This document shows, in pieces, positions 1 to 8,034 of a stretch of 64,000 nucleotides of DNA. The DNA lies in assembly GCA_038890745.1 (NCBI GenBank), contig JAWAFD010000002.1, positions 32,001 through 96,000 on the forward strand, written 5' to 3'. Origin of the DNA: Candidatus Anstonellales archaeon (GTDB lineage: Archaea; Micrarchaeota; Micrarchaeia; Anstonellales; J096). Numbering within the stretch: position 1 is the first letter of the stretch; each line of letters begins with the position of its first letter. A program made the translations under genes and the position numbers. Below the pieces are notes generated by a model. That model ran no database searches, had not been told where the DNA came from, and saw only the letters and a list, made by a program, of their open reading frames with translations.

Positions 1-3
1 GAG

Positions 4-1326
4 CTATAGTTTTTTCAGCTCCATCCCAACCTCTAACAAAAACCTATTCAATTTGTCTTTTGGAATCTCTGCACCTGCAGCTAGATGATGCCCACCCCCT
101 ATCCCTCCAACCCTTTCAGCTGCCACTCTCATCACACCCCCAAGGTTCAGTCCCCTCTCAAGCATCCTCCTATTCCCTCTCGAGCTTACCTTTATTCCTC
201 CCTCTTCGCTATTGCTTATCCCAATAACTGGCTTATCATAACTTACCCTCATAACCATTCCACAAACAATCCCGATTATCCCTTCGTATATCTTTTCCCT
301 CCCATCTATAAAATAGAAACTACCCATATCTACAAAATTATTCCTAGCAAACATGATCCCTTCCCTTATTGCGTTTTTATGCATCCGCAGAAGCCCCTCT
401 GCTTTTTTGTATGCTTCTCTGTTTCCTAGCGCAGCCTCAATCCCAACATCCGGCTCATGATGCCTTCCGCACGCATTGAGCATGGTAGAAAATTCATGCG
501 CATCATACATTATTGTTTTTTCATCGTAATTCGGCAAAGAATAAACATTCCCAACAAGCTCGCCAACGTCCTGATCATACTCAACCATTATACTCGCAAG
601 CGCAGAGATAAGCTTTTTTTTCTCTTCCTCCCTCAAATCCGAATAAGTCTTCCATCCATTCTCCTTCATTTCTATTCCAATTTCGGTGAGGAGTCTTATT
701 GCACTATCCTCATTATAACTTATTGTTGGTATGTATGGCTCATCAGAATACGCAAGGAAAGCATGCAATGGTCTGGAATGTCTCCCATAAAGGGTAATAT
801 CATACTCTTCCTTAACCTCACCCATTTTCTTTCCTTCCTCAACAATATACCTATTTGCGCTTTCAAATGGGTATTGCATATCCCCAAGCGCTCCAACAAT
901 CGCCAGGTCTCTTCTGCAACCGAAAACAATACTCGCAACCCCGCTTGAAGAAACCTCCCTTCCCCCATCCATCCCAAACATCCATGGGTTTATCTGCGGT
1001 TTTTCTATTTTGACCGGCTGGTGGTGGTCTATTATTATCACATCCCCGAGTTCATTCACCCTCTCATTCCCACTTCCCAAATCAACAAAAATTATTTCCC
1101 TCTCTTTCCTTAATCTCTCTATTGCATTATCATCCAGTTTTTTTATTGAAACTGCCCTGTATTTTTTCCACTCCCTTCTAAGCGCATACTCAACTATCGC
1201 TCGCGCCGCCAATCCATCGCAATCATAATGGGAAACTATCAATGGATTCTCAAAACTGAGAGCAATCCTCCGCATCTCCTCTCCATGTTCCAGCATCCTT
1301 TCTGTTTTCTCTTCCACGCCTTTCAT
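4..1326 (-). CDS. recJ: RecJ/GAN-like DHH phosphoesterase (ssDNA exonuclease)
   Basis: Motifs SHYDCDG, DLG, IIDHH and C-terminal DHHA1 GGGHHLAAG. Start moved to ATG 1326, which has AAGGAGG upstream. Confidence 0.9.
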   Translation of the reverse strand: MKGVEEKTERMLEHGEEMRRIALSFENPLIVSHYDCDGLAARAIVEYALRREWKKYRAVSIKKLDDNAIERLRKEREIIFVDLGSGNERVNELGDVIIIDHHQPVKIEKPQINPWMFGMDGGREVSSSGVASIVFGCRRDLAIVGALGDMQYPFESANRYIVEEGKKMGEVKEEYDITLYGRHSRPLHAFLAYSDEPYIPTISYNEDSAIRLLTEIGIEMKENGWKTYSDLREEEKKKLISALASIMVEYDQDVGELVGNVYSLPNYDEKTIMYDAHEFSTMLNACGRHHEPDVGIEAALGNREAYKKAEGLLRMHKNAIREGIMFARNNFVDMGSFYFIDGREKIYEGIIGIVCGMVMRVSYDKPVIGISNSEEGGIKVSSRGNRRMLERGLNLGGVMRVAAERVGGIGGGHHLAAGAEIPKDKLNRFLLEVGMELKKL

Positions 1327-1401
1327 TCTCTCCTCCTTAATAAAAATATTTGCTCGCTTCACCGCCAAATTTTAAAAACATTTTTATTTATAAAAAACAA
1401 C

Positions 1402-1929
1402 ATGCAGTTTAGGCAGGCGTTCAGGGAATTTGGAAAATTTTCAAAAAGAACAGCAGCCGCGCTTTTCCTCTCCATTGGTTTAGCATACGCTCAGGAGATT
1501 CAAATGAACCAAAAAACCCAATCAAATAACCCAGCCTACACAGCCGTGATGGACAGCATTTCTACATACAGCTCCAATTCTTTTTCTGTTGATACCTCGC
1601 AGATAGATTCTATTATTGCAAAGATTAAAGCAGGAGGATATGCAGCAATCAAAACTTCATATTTGAATGTTGTTGAATACGGAACTGCCGCCGATCCTTT
1701 TGGTGGGGGCTCCTACTCCTATGCAAGCGACCCTTTCAACTGCAAGATTTATAGAATACTAAAGGATGGTGAAGTTGTTGGGTGGATTGTTGATAAGGAA
1801 ACAAAACATTATTCTATGAACGAATTCGGCCAACCAGACCCTTTTAATTATTACATAGACCGCTCCATCTTGCTATTTTTTGCAAAAACACAAAAAGGAG
1901 AAGAACTTAAAAAATTTTTAGGATACTAG
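1402..1929 (+). CDS. Hypothetical secreted protein
   Basis: ATG 1402 follows an AT-rich TATA region. Signal-peptide-like N-terminus (KRTAAALFLSIGLAYA). No recognised domain. Confidence 0.6.
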   Translation: MQFRQAFREFGKFSKRTAAALFLSIGLAYAQEIQMNQKTQSNNPAYTAVMDSISTYSSNSFSVDTSQIDSIIAKIKAGGYAAIKTSYLNVVEYGTAADPFGGGSYSYASDPFNCKIYRILKDGEVVGWIVDKETKHYSMNEFGQPDPFNYYIDRSILLFFAKTQKGEELKKFLGY

Positions 1930-2162
1930 ATCTCCCTAACCCCATCCTTTTCCACATGGATGCAGTTTACAGGACAGCTTTGGGCGGCAGTAAGATTGCA
2001 TCCCTCTTCTTTTGCATTAAGCTTGAAAACTCCTCCCTCATTTTTCGCTCCCTTTAACTTACTCTTCCCATCATTAGCCATCTCCCAGTATGCAGAGCAG
2101 ACAGCAGCGCAAGCACCGCATCCTATGCACTTGTCCCTTTCATGAATTATGATGACTGTCAT
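1926..2162 (-). CDS. Ferredoxin (single 3Fe-4S/4Fe-4S cluster type)
   Basis: CIGCGACAAVC and AAQSCPVNCI motifs. Start at MTVIII. Confidence 0.88.
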   Translation of the reverse strand: MTVIIIHERDKCIGCGACAAVCSAYWEMANDGKSKLKGAKNEGGVFKLNAKEEGCNLTAAQSCPVNCIHVEKDGVREI

Positions 2163-2192
2163 ACCATCACGCAAAGAATTCGCACGCAAACT

Positions 2193-2708
2193 TTAAAACT
2201 GTTTCCTCCTCTTTTTTCCGCTCTTTTTCTTTTTGATTGTCTCGTTTAGTAGTGGAAAGGCGATGATAAAGAGTATGAAAGCAAAAAGCCCTATCGGGAT
2301 AATAATATCCCAAGAAAACCCTCCCCCTTCATCCTCATCCCCTTCTTCATACGGCGCTACAACAACCTTTTCATAATCTGTTTCATCGCTAGTATACTCC
2401 CCATCCCCGTTCATGTCCAAGCATGCAAAATATTCATGCGTTCCTATGGACGGAATGTTGAAATAGCATTCACCCTGGCTTAGTTCAAAAGAGCAAACAA
2501 CATTCCCTTTGCACGACCCTTCACTTATGTTTATCTCCCCTATGCAGTTTTCCAACCCGCTTACCTTAGCAACTATTTTTTTACCGCTTACATCAATAGT
2601 TAGGTCCATGTCTCCGTAGCATTGGGTTGTTTGTTCTTCTTTCTGTTCAGCATAAAAAATAGGAATAATGAAAAGCATGAGTAGAACTGCTAAAATTTTT
2701 TTATGCAT
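2193..2708 (-). CDS. Hypothetical secreted, C-terminally membrane-anchored protein
   Basis: Signal peptide, Cys-containing ectodomain, C-terminal TM helix followed by a Lys/Arg tail. Confidence 0.7.
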   Translation of the reverse strand: MHKKILAVLLMLFIIPIFYAEQKEEQTTQCYGDMDLTIDVSGKKIVAKVSGLENCIGEINISEGSCKGNVVCSFELSQGECYFNIPSIGTHEYFACLDMNGDGEYTSDETDYEKVVVAPYEEGDEDEGGGFSWDIIIPIGLFAFILFIIAFPLLNETIKKKKSGKKRRKQF

Positions 2709-2732
2709 GGCTTAATTTTTCAGATAAAAAAT

Positions 2733-3254
2733 TTAAATGTATGCCAATGCAAAGTTTCCAATATACGCAACCGCAATAAACTTCAAAATTTTTCCAGCCC
2801 CGACCGCGAGCAGGAATCTCCAAACAGGAATCTTCAACGCCCCAGCAGCTATTCCTGCAACATCGAATATTGGGTTTGGAAGGGCTGCAAGGACAAAGAG
2901 CACGATCACATCCGCATTCCTCAACCATTCTTTCTGCCTTTTATATTCCGGAAGTTTTTTGCTATCAACAACCTCCCTTCCCCCATACCCTATCATATAT
3001 CCTGTAAGCTCCCCAAATGCAGACCCAATCCCCGCGCATACCCCAAGAATGAAGGGGTTGAGAAATGAAGCCATACCCGCAACAATAGCCCAACCAGGCG
3101 CAGGAAGAATAACTGTTGCAGAAGAAACGAGCGCAACAAAAAAACCACCCGCATACCCCCATTCTTGTAAGAAGGTAAGCTGGGAAGAAAGATAGAATGC
3201 AACAACCGCGACCACAGCACCTAAAACCATACCAAAGATTTCCTTTTTTCTCAT
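2733..3254 (-). CDS. DedA/VTT (SNARE-associated) membrane protein
   Basis: GSAFGELTGYMIGYGG and LPNPIFDVAGIAAG are typical of DedA/YdjX proteins. Confidence 0.85.
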   Translation of the reverse strand: MRKKEIFGMVLGAVVAVVAFYLSSQLTFLQEWGYAGGFFVALVSSATVILPAPGWAIVAGMASFLNPFILGVCAGIGSAFGELTGYMIGYGGREVVDSKKLPEYKRQKEWLRNADVIVLFVLAALPNPIFDVAGIAAGALKIPVWRFLLAVGAGKILKFIAVAYIGNFALAYI

Positions 3255-3883
3255 CCTTCAACCTTTTCCATTATCTGCTCAGCAGTCCTAAACCCAGTAA
3301 GCTTGTATTTTTCATCTATCACTATTGTAGGATAGTGTACTACGTTATGCTCTTTTTTCAGTGCTCTTACGATGCTGCTTTCGCTCGACCCATCAAAGGA
3401 AAACACCTTCAAACTCCAATTGCTCTTTTCTCTAGCAAGCGTAAGTTCCTTTCCCTGTTTTTCACATTCCGGGCAGTCCTTTGAATAAAAATAAAGCGCG
3501 AGCGAAAAGTTCCCCCCGCACATCTCTTTAACTTTTTTAGCCATAAGATAGTTCCTAAGCTCAAGGGAGAAATATTTATTTTTTAGTTCCGGGTCGTAAA
3601 CCTGTTTCTGCTTCTCAAGGTATTCAAGCTCCTGCCCGAGCGCCTCTGTTTCTCCAAATGCTTTCGCCAGTCCCTCCTCATAAACCGGACAGAAAGATGG
3701 GGATTTTTCAATAAGAAGTATGAGCTGCACATCGCTGATCCTCCCCATCGACTCCTCGATGGATGAGCGAATGCTTTTTGCTGCCTCCTGTTCAATTACT
3801 ATCCCTAGATACAACCCTGCTCCGAATATGAATGTTGCAATCAAAAACGCAGCAACATAAAGCGGAAAATTTATCTTTCGCAT
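3251..3883 (-). CDS. Membrane-anchored thioredoxin-fold protein
   Basis: N-terminal TM helix, CPEC (CxxC) motif and HYPTIVI cis-Pro motif. Confidence 0.75.
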   Translation of the reverse strand: MRKINFPLYVAAFLIATFIFGAGLYLGIVIEQEAAKSIRSSIEESMGRISDVQLILLIEKSPSFCPVYEEGLAKAFGETEALGQELEYLEKQKQVYDPELKNKYFSLELRNYLMAKKVKEMCGGNFSLALYFYSKDCPECEKQGKELTLAREKSNWSLKVFSFDGSSESSIVRALKKEHNVVHYPTIVIDEKYKLTGFRTAEQIMEKVEG

Positions 3884-3884
3884 A

Positions 3885-5084
3885 TCACCACCTCAATTTT
3901 TCAAACCTTAGCTCTTTTGCTATCGCGCTTATCCAAAATATTGTTATGAGATATGCATAGCTAAAAATATAAATCAGTATCATCGGCATGTCTATTTTTT
4001 CATTCCTGAAAACCTTTAGCCCAAAATATATCCACACGAGATTCAGTATGAAAAGCATAACCCCGATTATTATGGCGGGTGTAAGCGCAAGAAGAATAAA
4101 ATGCTGTGTTAAAGGAATCTGCTCTGAATAAAACCTCCCGTATATAAGAATGAAGAATATCGCAAATATCGCGAGGACGGATAGAAAGCCTATGGGAAGA
4201 ACGATCAGCCCTAAGTCACCATATTTCGGGCTTATCAGGTGCAGGTATTTGTAAGAATTTCTTAACCCTCCCCTGTGCCATCTTATTCTTTGCTTGAGCA
4301 GAGAACCAAAAGTTCTGGGTACTTCTGTGTAAACATCAGCATCCAAGCTAGACCTTATCTTGTAGTTGTAGCTTTGTATCCGCATCGCCATTTCCTGATC
4401 CTCTAAAATGTTGTTTCTGTCAAACCCACCTATCTTCTTGAACAACTCTGCTTTGAACATGCTGAAAGGACCGGGCGTTACATATATTGCATCTATAAAT
4501 TCCATCACCTTTCTTGAAAAAAGGGTATAGATGTACTCAACCGCCTGCAGCCTCTCCAAAAAACCCTCCCTGTTCGCGGCTTTAACCGCAGCGGTTACTG
4601 CCATCACCCCCTCTTCTTTAAAATACGGAAGCATTTTCACTATTGCTTTTGGGGTGATGTATGAATCAGCGTCCAGCGTGGCTATTATCTCTCCGCTCGC
4701 TTTCTCTATCCCCATATTCACGCTGTCAGCTTTCCCAGAGTTTTTCTTCCTGAAAACCCTTATGTTTTCTGGGTGTTCTTTTTGCAAATTCTTTGCAATC
4801 TTATACGTTCTGTCCGTGCTCCCATCATCCACTATTATGATTTCTATTTTGTTTTTTGGGTAATCTGCATTTAGAACAGACATTACGCACCTTTCCAGGT
4901 TTTTCTCCTCATTATAAGCTGGAACAATCACACTTATTTTCGGCTTCCATTTTTTATCCGGCCTTGGCTTTTTCAGTATTTTTTCTCTATTTTGTATAAG
5001 TACAAGCATGAAGAATACCATTATGAATAATGCAAGGTAAAGGATGAACAGCTCAATAACAACCTTTATGTTGAACTCCATCAA
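3885..5084 (-). CDS. Processive GT2 glycosyltransferase (cellulose synthase/PgaC-like)
   Basis: VPAYNEE, DDGSTD, LDADS, LEDQE, KQRIRW (QxxRW) and multiple TM helices. Confidence 0.9.
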   Translation of the reverse strand: MMEFNIKVVIELFILYLALFIMVFFMLVLIQNREKILKKPRPDKKWKPKISVIVPAYNEEKNLERCVMSVLNADYPKNKIEIIIVDDGSTDRTYKIAKNLQKEHPENIRVFRKKNSGKADSVNMGIEKASGEIIATLDADSYITPKAIVKMLPYFKEEGVMAVTAAVKAANREGFLERLQAVEYIYTLFSRKVMEFIDAIYVTPGPFSMFKAELFKKIGGFDRNNILEDQEMAMRIQSYNYKIRSSLDADVYTEVPRTFGSLLKQRIRWHRGGLRNSYKYLHLISPKYGDLGLIVLPIGFLSVLAIFAIFFILIYGRFYSEQIPLTQHFILLALTPAIIIGVMLFILNLVWIYFGLKVFRNEKIDMPMILIYIFSYAYLITIFWISAIAKELRFEKLRW

Positions 5085-5133
5085 AGGAGATTTGTTGCTA
5101 AGTTTTTAAAACACTGCTTGCGCAAACAAAACC

Positions 5134-6183
5134 ATGCTTTTCGAGATTGGAATATTCGGGCTTCTGCTTACAATCCTTCTCTCCCTCCCTCTCATCCTTT
5201 CCCCTCCCCTTAGCCAAAAAATAAAAAAATCAAGACCCAAGCAGGTTGATGTTGTTCTCTTTGCCCTCAACGAGCCGGAGGGTATAGTGAAAGACAGTCT
5301 CCTTTCCCTAAAAAAACTAAAAGGAAAAAAGAGGGTTTTTTTGATAAAGGGCGGGGCGGATAGCAGGGAACTGAGAAAATTCTGCGAGAAAAACAAAATA
5401 AATTATATTTTTGATGAGAGTCAGGGAAAAGCAAAAGCCCTAAACAATTTTATAAAAACCAAAGCAGGCGAATACATCGCAGTTTTCGATTGTGATGAGC
5501 GTGTTATAAACAAAAATTTTCTGCTCGATGCGCTCGCTTTTTTGGATGAGCGGGCGGCCTATGTCCAAACAGTGAAGAGCTTTCCAGCAGAAAACATTTT
5601 TGAAAAATCCATGCGCATAACAAACGAAACGTTCCTTGCAAAGGTTCAGGAAACTGAGGGAAAAAAGGAAACCGCGCTTTTTGCTGGAAGTGTTGCGGTG
5701 TTAAGAAAAAAAGCAATAATAAATTCTGGCTTTTTCAGCGAGGACGCGGCAGTTGAGGACATAGATTTTTCTTTTAAGGCTTTCAAGAATGGCTACCGCG
5801 GTAGGTTCATTCCAAAACTCTACGCCATTGGCAGAACCCCCTCTTTCTTGGGTTTTGTGAAGCAACATTTAAGGTATGTGTATGGGAACGGCCAACTCGT
5901 AAGAAAATTCGGTATAACCAGAATCCTTCTAACCCTCCCTGCCCTTAGTTTTTTCAATTCCCTCCTTCTTCTCTCCCTCACCCCTTCCGGGTATGCAGCA
6001 ATTTTCTTGGAGATTGTTTTCGCTGCAGTCATAGGAAAATTGCTATTCAGGGAATTTTTTGCGTCCTTCCTCTCAGCATTCATCAATTTTGTTCTTCTTC
6101 CCATCCCGCGCTCCCTTTATTTCCTTTTTGGTCTTCTCAGCATTAATGTGATTTTCGGACCGACCCATGAACACACGCCATGA
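5134..6183 (+). CDS. GT2 glycosyltransferase, divergent (QxxRW appears as QHLRY)
   Basis: GKAKALN, FDCDE, AVEDIDF, KQHLRYVYG and TM helices. Confidence 0.8.
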   Translation: MLFEIGIFGLLLTILLSLPLILSPPLSQKIKKSRPKQVDVVLFALNEPEGIVKDSLLSLKKLKGKKRVFLIKGGADSRELRKFCEKNKINYIFDESQGKAKALNNFIKTKAGEYIAVFDCDERVINKNFLLDALAFLDERAAYVQTVKSFPAENIFEKSMRITNETFLAKVQETEGKKETALFAGSVAVLRKKAIINSGFFSEDAAVEDIDFSFKAFKNGYRGRFIPKLYAIGRTPSFLGFVKQHLRYVYGNGQLVRKFGITRILLTLPALSFFNSLLLLSLTPSGYAAIFLEIVFAAVIGKLLFREFFASFLSAFINFVLLPIPRSLYFLFGLLSINVIFGPTHEHTP

Positions 6184-6189
6184 GTGCTG

Positions 6190-6248
6190 ATGCATTTTGT
6201 AAATTATTTTTTACAAAATGCATGCGGATTGTAAATTTAGATTTACAA
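6190..6248. promoter_or_regulatory. Two tandem palindromes TTGTAAA-N6-TTTACAA upstream of the thermosome gene
   Basis: ATGCATTTTGTAAA-TTATTT-TTTACAAAATGCAT (6190-6223) and TTGTAAAT-TTAG-ATTTACAA (6229-6248). Cores are 32 bp apart. Confidence 0.55.
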
Positions 6249-6380
6249 AATGAAGACTCTCGGTTGAAAAACCGCACCTTAAGATAATTTTAAAAATTTT
6301 TCGCGCATAAGAAAAGGACACCATTAATTTTTTCAGCAAGAATAACATAAATACTTCTGAAAAAATAAAAGGGTGAGAAT

Positions 6381-8033
6381 ATGGCAAAAATAAGTGGAGA
6401 AGGAGGAAATATAATGGGCGAAGGAGCCCAGAGGATAATAGGAAGGGACGCGATGCGCCTGAACATAGCAATCGGCTATGCAATGGCGAACATAATAAAG
6501 ACAACGCTTGGGCCAAAGGGAATGGACAAGATGCTGGTCAGCGACCTTGGGGATATTGTAATAACAAACGATGGCGCAACAATTCTTGAAGAGATGAACG
6601 TGGACCATCCAACAGCAAAGATAATGGTTGAGATTGCGAAAACGCAGGATAAGGAGGTTGGGGATGGAACAACAACGAGCGTGGTTATAGCCGGTTATCT
6701 TCTGAAAAACGCAGGTCAGCTTCTTGACAAGAACATCCATCCGACAACCATAATAAAAGGTTTTGAGCTTGCAGAAGCAAAATGCATGGAAGCGCTTTCA
6801 AAAATATCCGAACCAGTCACTCCTAAAGACACAAAGATACTTAAGCAGATTGCGATGGTTGCGATGGGAAGCAAGGGAATAGGAAGTCAGAAGGAGAAGG
6901 AAAAGATTGCTGACATTGTTGTTGAAGCAGTCGGGCAGGTTGCCGAACAGATAAATGGAAAAACAGTAATAGATACTGATTTCATACAGATTGAGAAAAA
7001 GGCAGGCGGCGAAATAATGGATACCTCCCTGATAAAAGGCGTGGTTGTGGATAAGGAAATTGTAAATGCAAGCATGCCGAAGAAGGTTGATAACGCAAAA
7101 ATTGCCCTTCTTGATGCGGCGCTGGAAATAGAGAAAACAGAAACCGATGCAAAAATAGAGATAACCTCTCCGGACCAGTTGGAGGCATTTTTGAGGCAGG
7201 AGGAAAAGATGCTGAAAGATATGGTGGATAAGATAAAGAAAACCGGAGCAAACGTTGTTTTTGTGCAGAAAGGAATAGATGACTTAGCTCAACACTACCT
7301 TGCAAAAGAGGGGATAGTTGCTGTACGAAGAGTGAAAAAGAGCGATATGGAAAAATTGGCAAAGGCAACCGGCGCAACAATAGTCTCAAGCATAGATAGC
7401 TTGAGCCCGAATGACCTTGGAAATGCTGGGTCTGTGACAGAGAAAAAGATTGCAGGCGAAGCGATGGTTTTTGTTGAGAAGTGCAAAGACCCGAAGAGCG
7501 TATCCATATTTGTAAGGGGAGGAACAGAGCATGTTGTGAATGAAGTTGAAAGGGCCATAAAGGATGCGATCGGTTCGGTTTCCTCTGCTCTTGAAGAAGG
7601 GAGCTATGTAACCGGGGGAGGGAGCGCAGAGATGGCGATTGCAAAAATGCTCAAAGATTATGCAACGGAGGTTGGCGGAAGGGAGCAGTTAGCGATTGAA
7701 GGTTTTGCGGATGCGCTTGAATCCATCCCAATTACTCTTGCTGAGAACGGTGGGATGGATGCCATAGACACGATTGTTGAGCTGAGAACAAAGCATGGAA
7801 AGAAGGGAACAACATGGGGGGTTGATGTTATAAACGGAAAGATTGCTGATATGAAAACCCTTGGCGTTCTTGAACCAACAAAAGTAAAAAAGCAGGCGAT
7901 CTCTTCAGCAACAGAGGCGGCGAGGCTTATACTTAGGATTGATGATATAATAAGCTCAAAAGGAAAATCTAGTGGAGGAAGCTCTGGAAAGGGCGGTAGC
8001 GAGACTGGTGAGATGGGCGGGGATATAGACTAA
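6381..8033 (+). CDS. ths: Thermosome subunit (group II chaperonin)
   Basis: [34 protein letters not shown]. Confidence 0.97.
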   Translation: MAKISGEGGNIMGEGAQRIIGRDAMRLNIAIGYAMANIIKTTLGPKGMDKMLVSDLGDIVITNDGATILEEMNVDHPTAKIMVEIAKTQDKEVGDGTTTSVVIAGYLLKNAGQLLDKNIHPTTIIKGFELAEAKCMEALSKISEPVTPKDTKILKQIAMVAMGSKGIGSQKEKEKIADIVVEAVGQVAEQINGKTVIDTDFIQIEKKAGGEIMDTSLIKGVVVDKEIVNASMPKKVDNAKIALLDAALEIEKTETDAKIEITSPDQLEAFLRQEEKMLKDMVDKIKKTGANVVFVQKGIDDLAQHYLAKEGIVAVRRVKKSDMEKLAKATGATIVSSIDSLSPNDLGNAGSVTEKKIAGEAMVFVEKCKDPKSVSIFVRGGTEHVVNEVERAIKDAIGSVSSALEEGSYVTGGGSAEMAIAKMLKDYATEVGGREQLAIEGFADALESIPITLAENGGMDAIDTIVELRTKHGKKGTTWGVDVINGKIADMKTLGVLEPTKVKKQAISSATEAARLILRIDDIISSKGKSSGGSSGKGGSETGEMGGDID

Positions 8034-8034
8034 G

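Noticed and set aside
1329..1340. 12-nt complementarity between the intron (TCTCCTCCTTAA, 13565-13576) and the recJ Shine-Dalgarno region
   Set aside because: About one 12-mer match is expected by chance between a 136-nt query and both strands of 64 kb.
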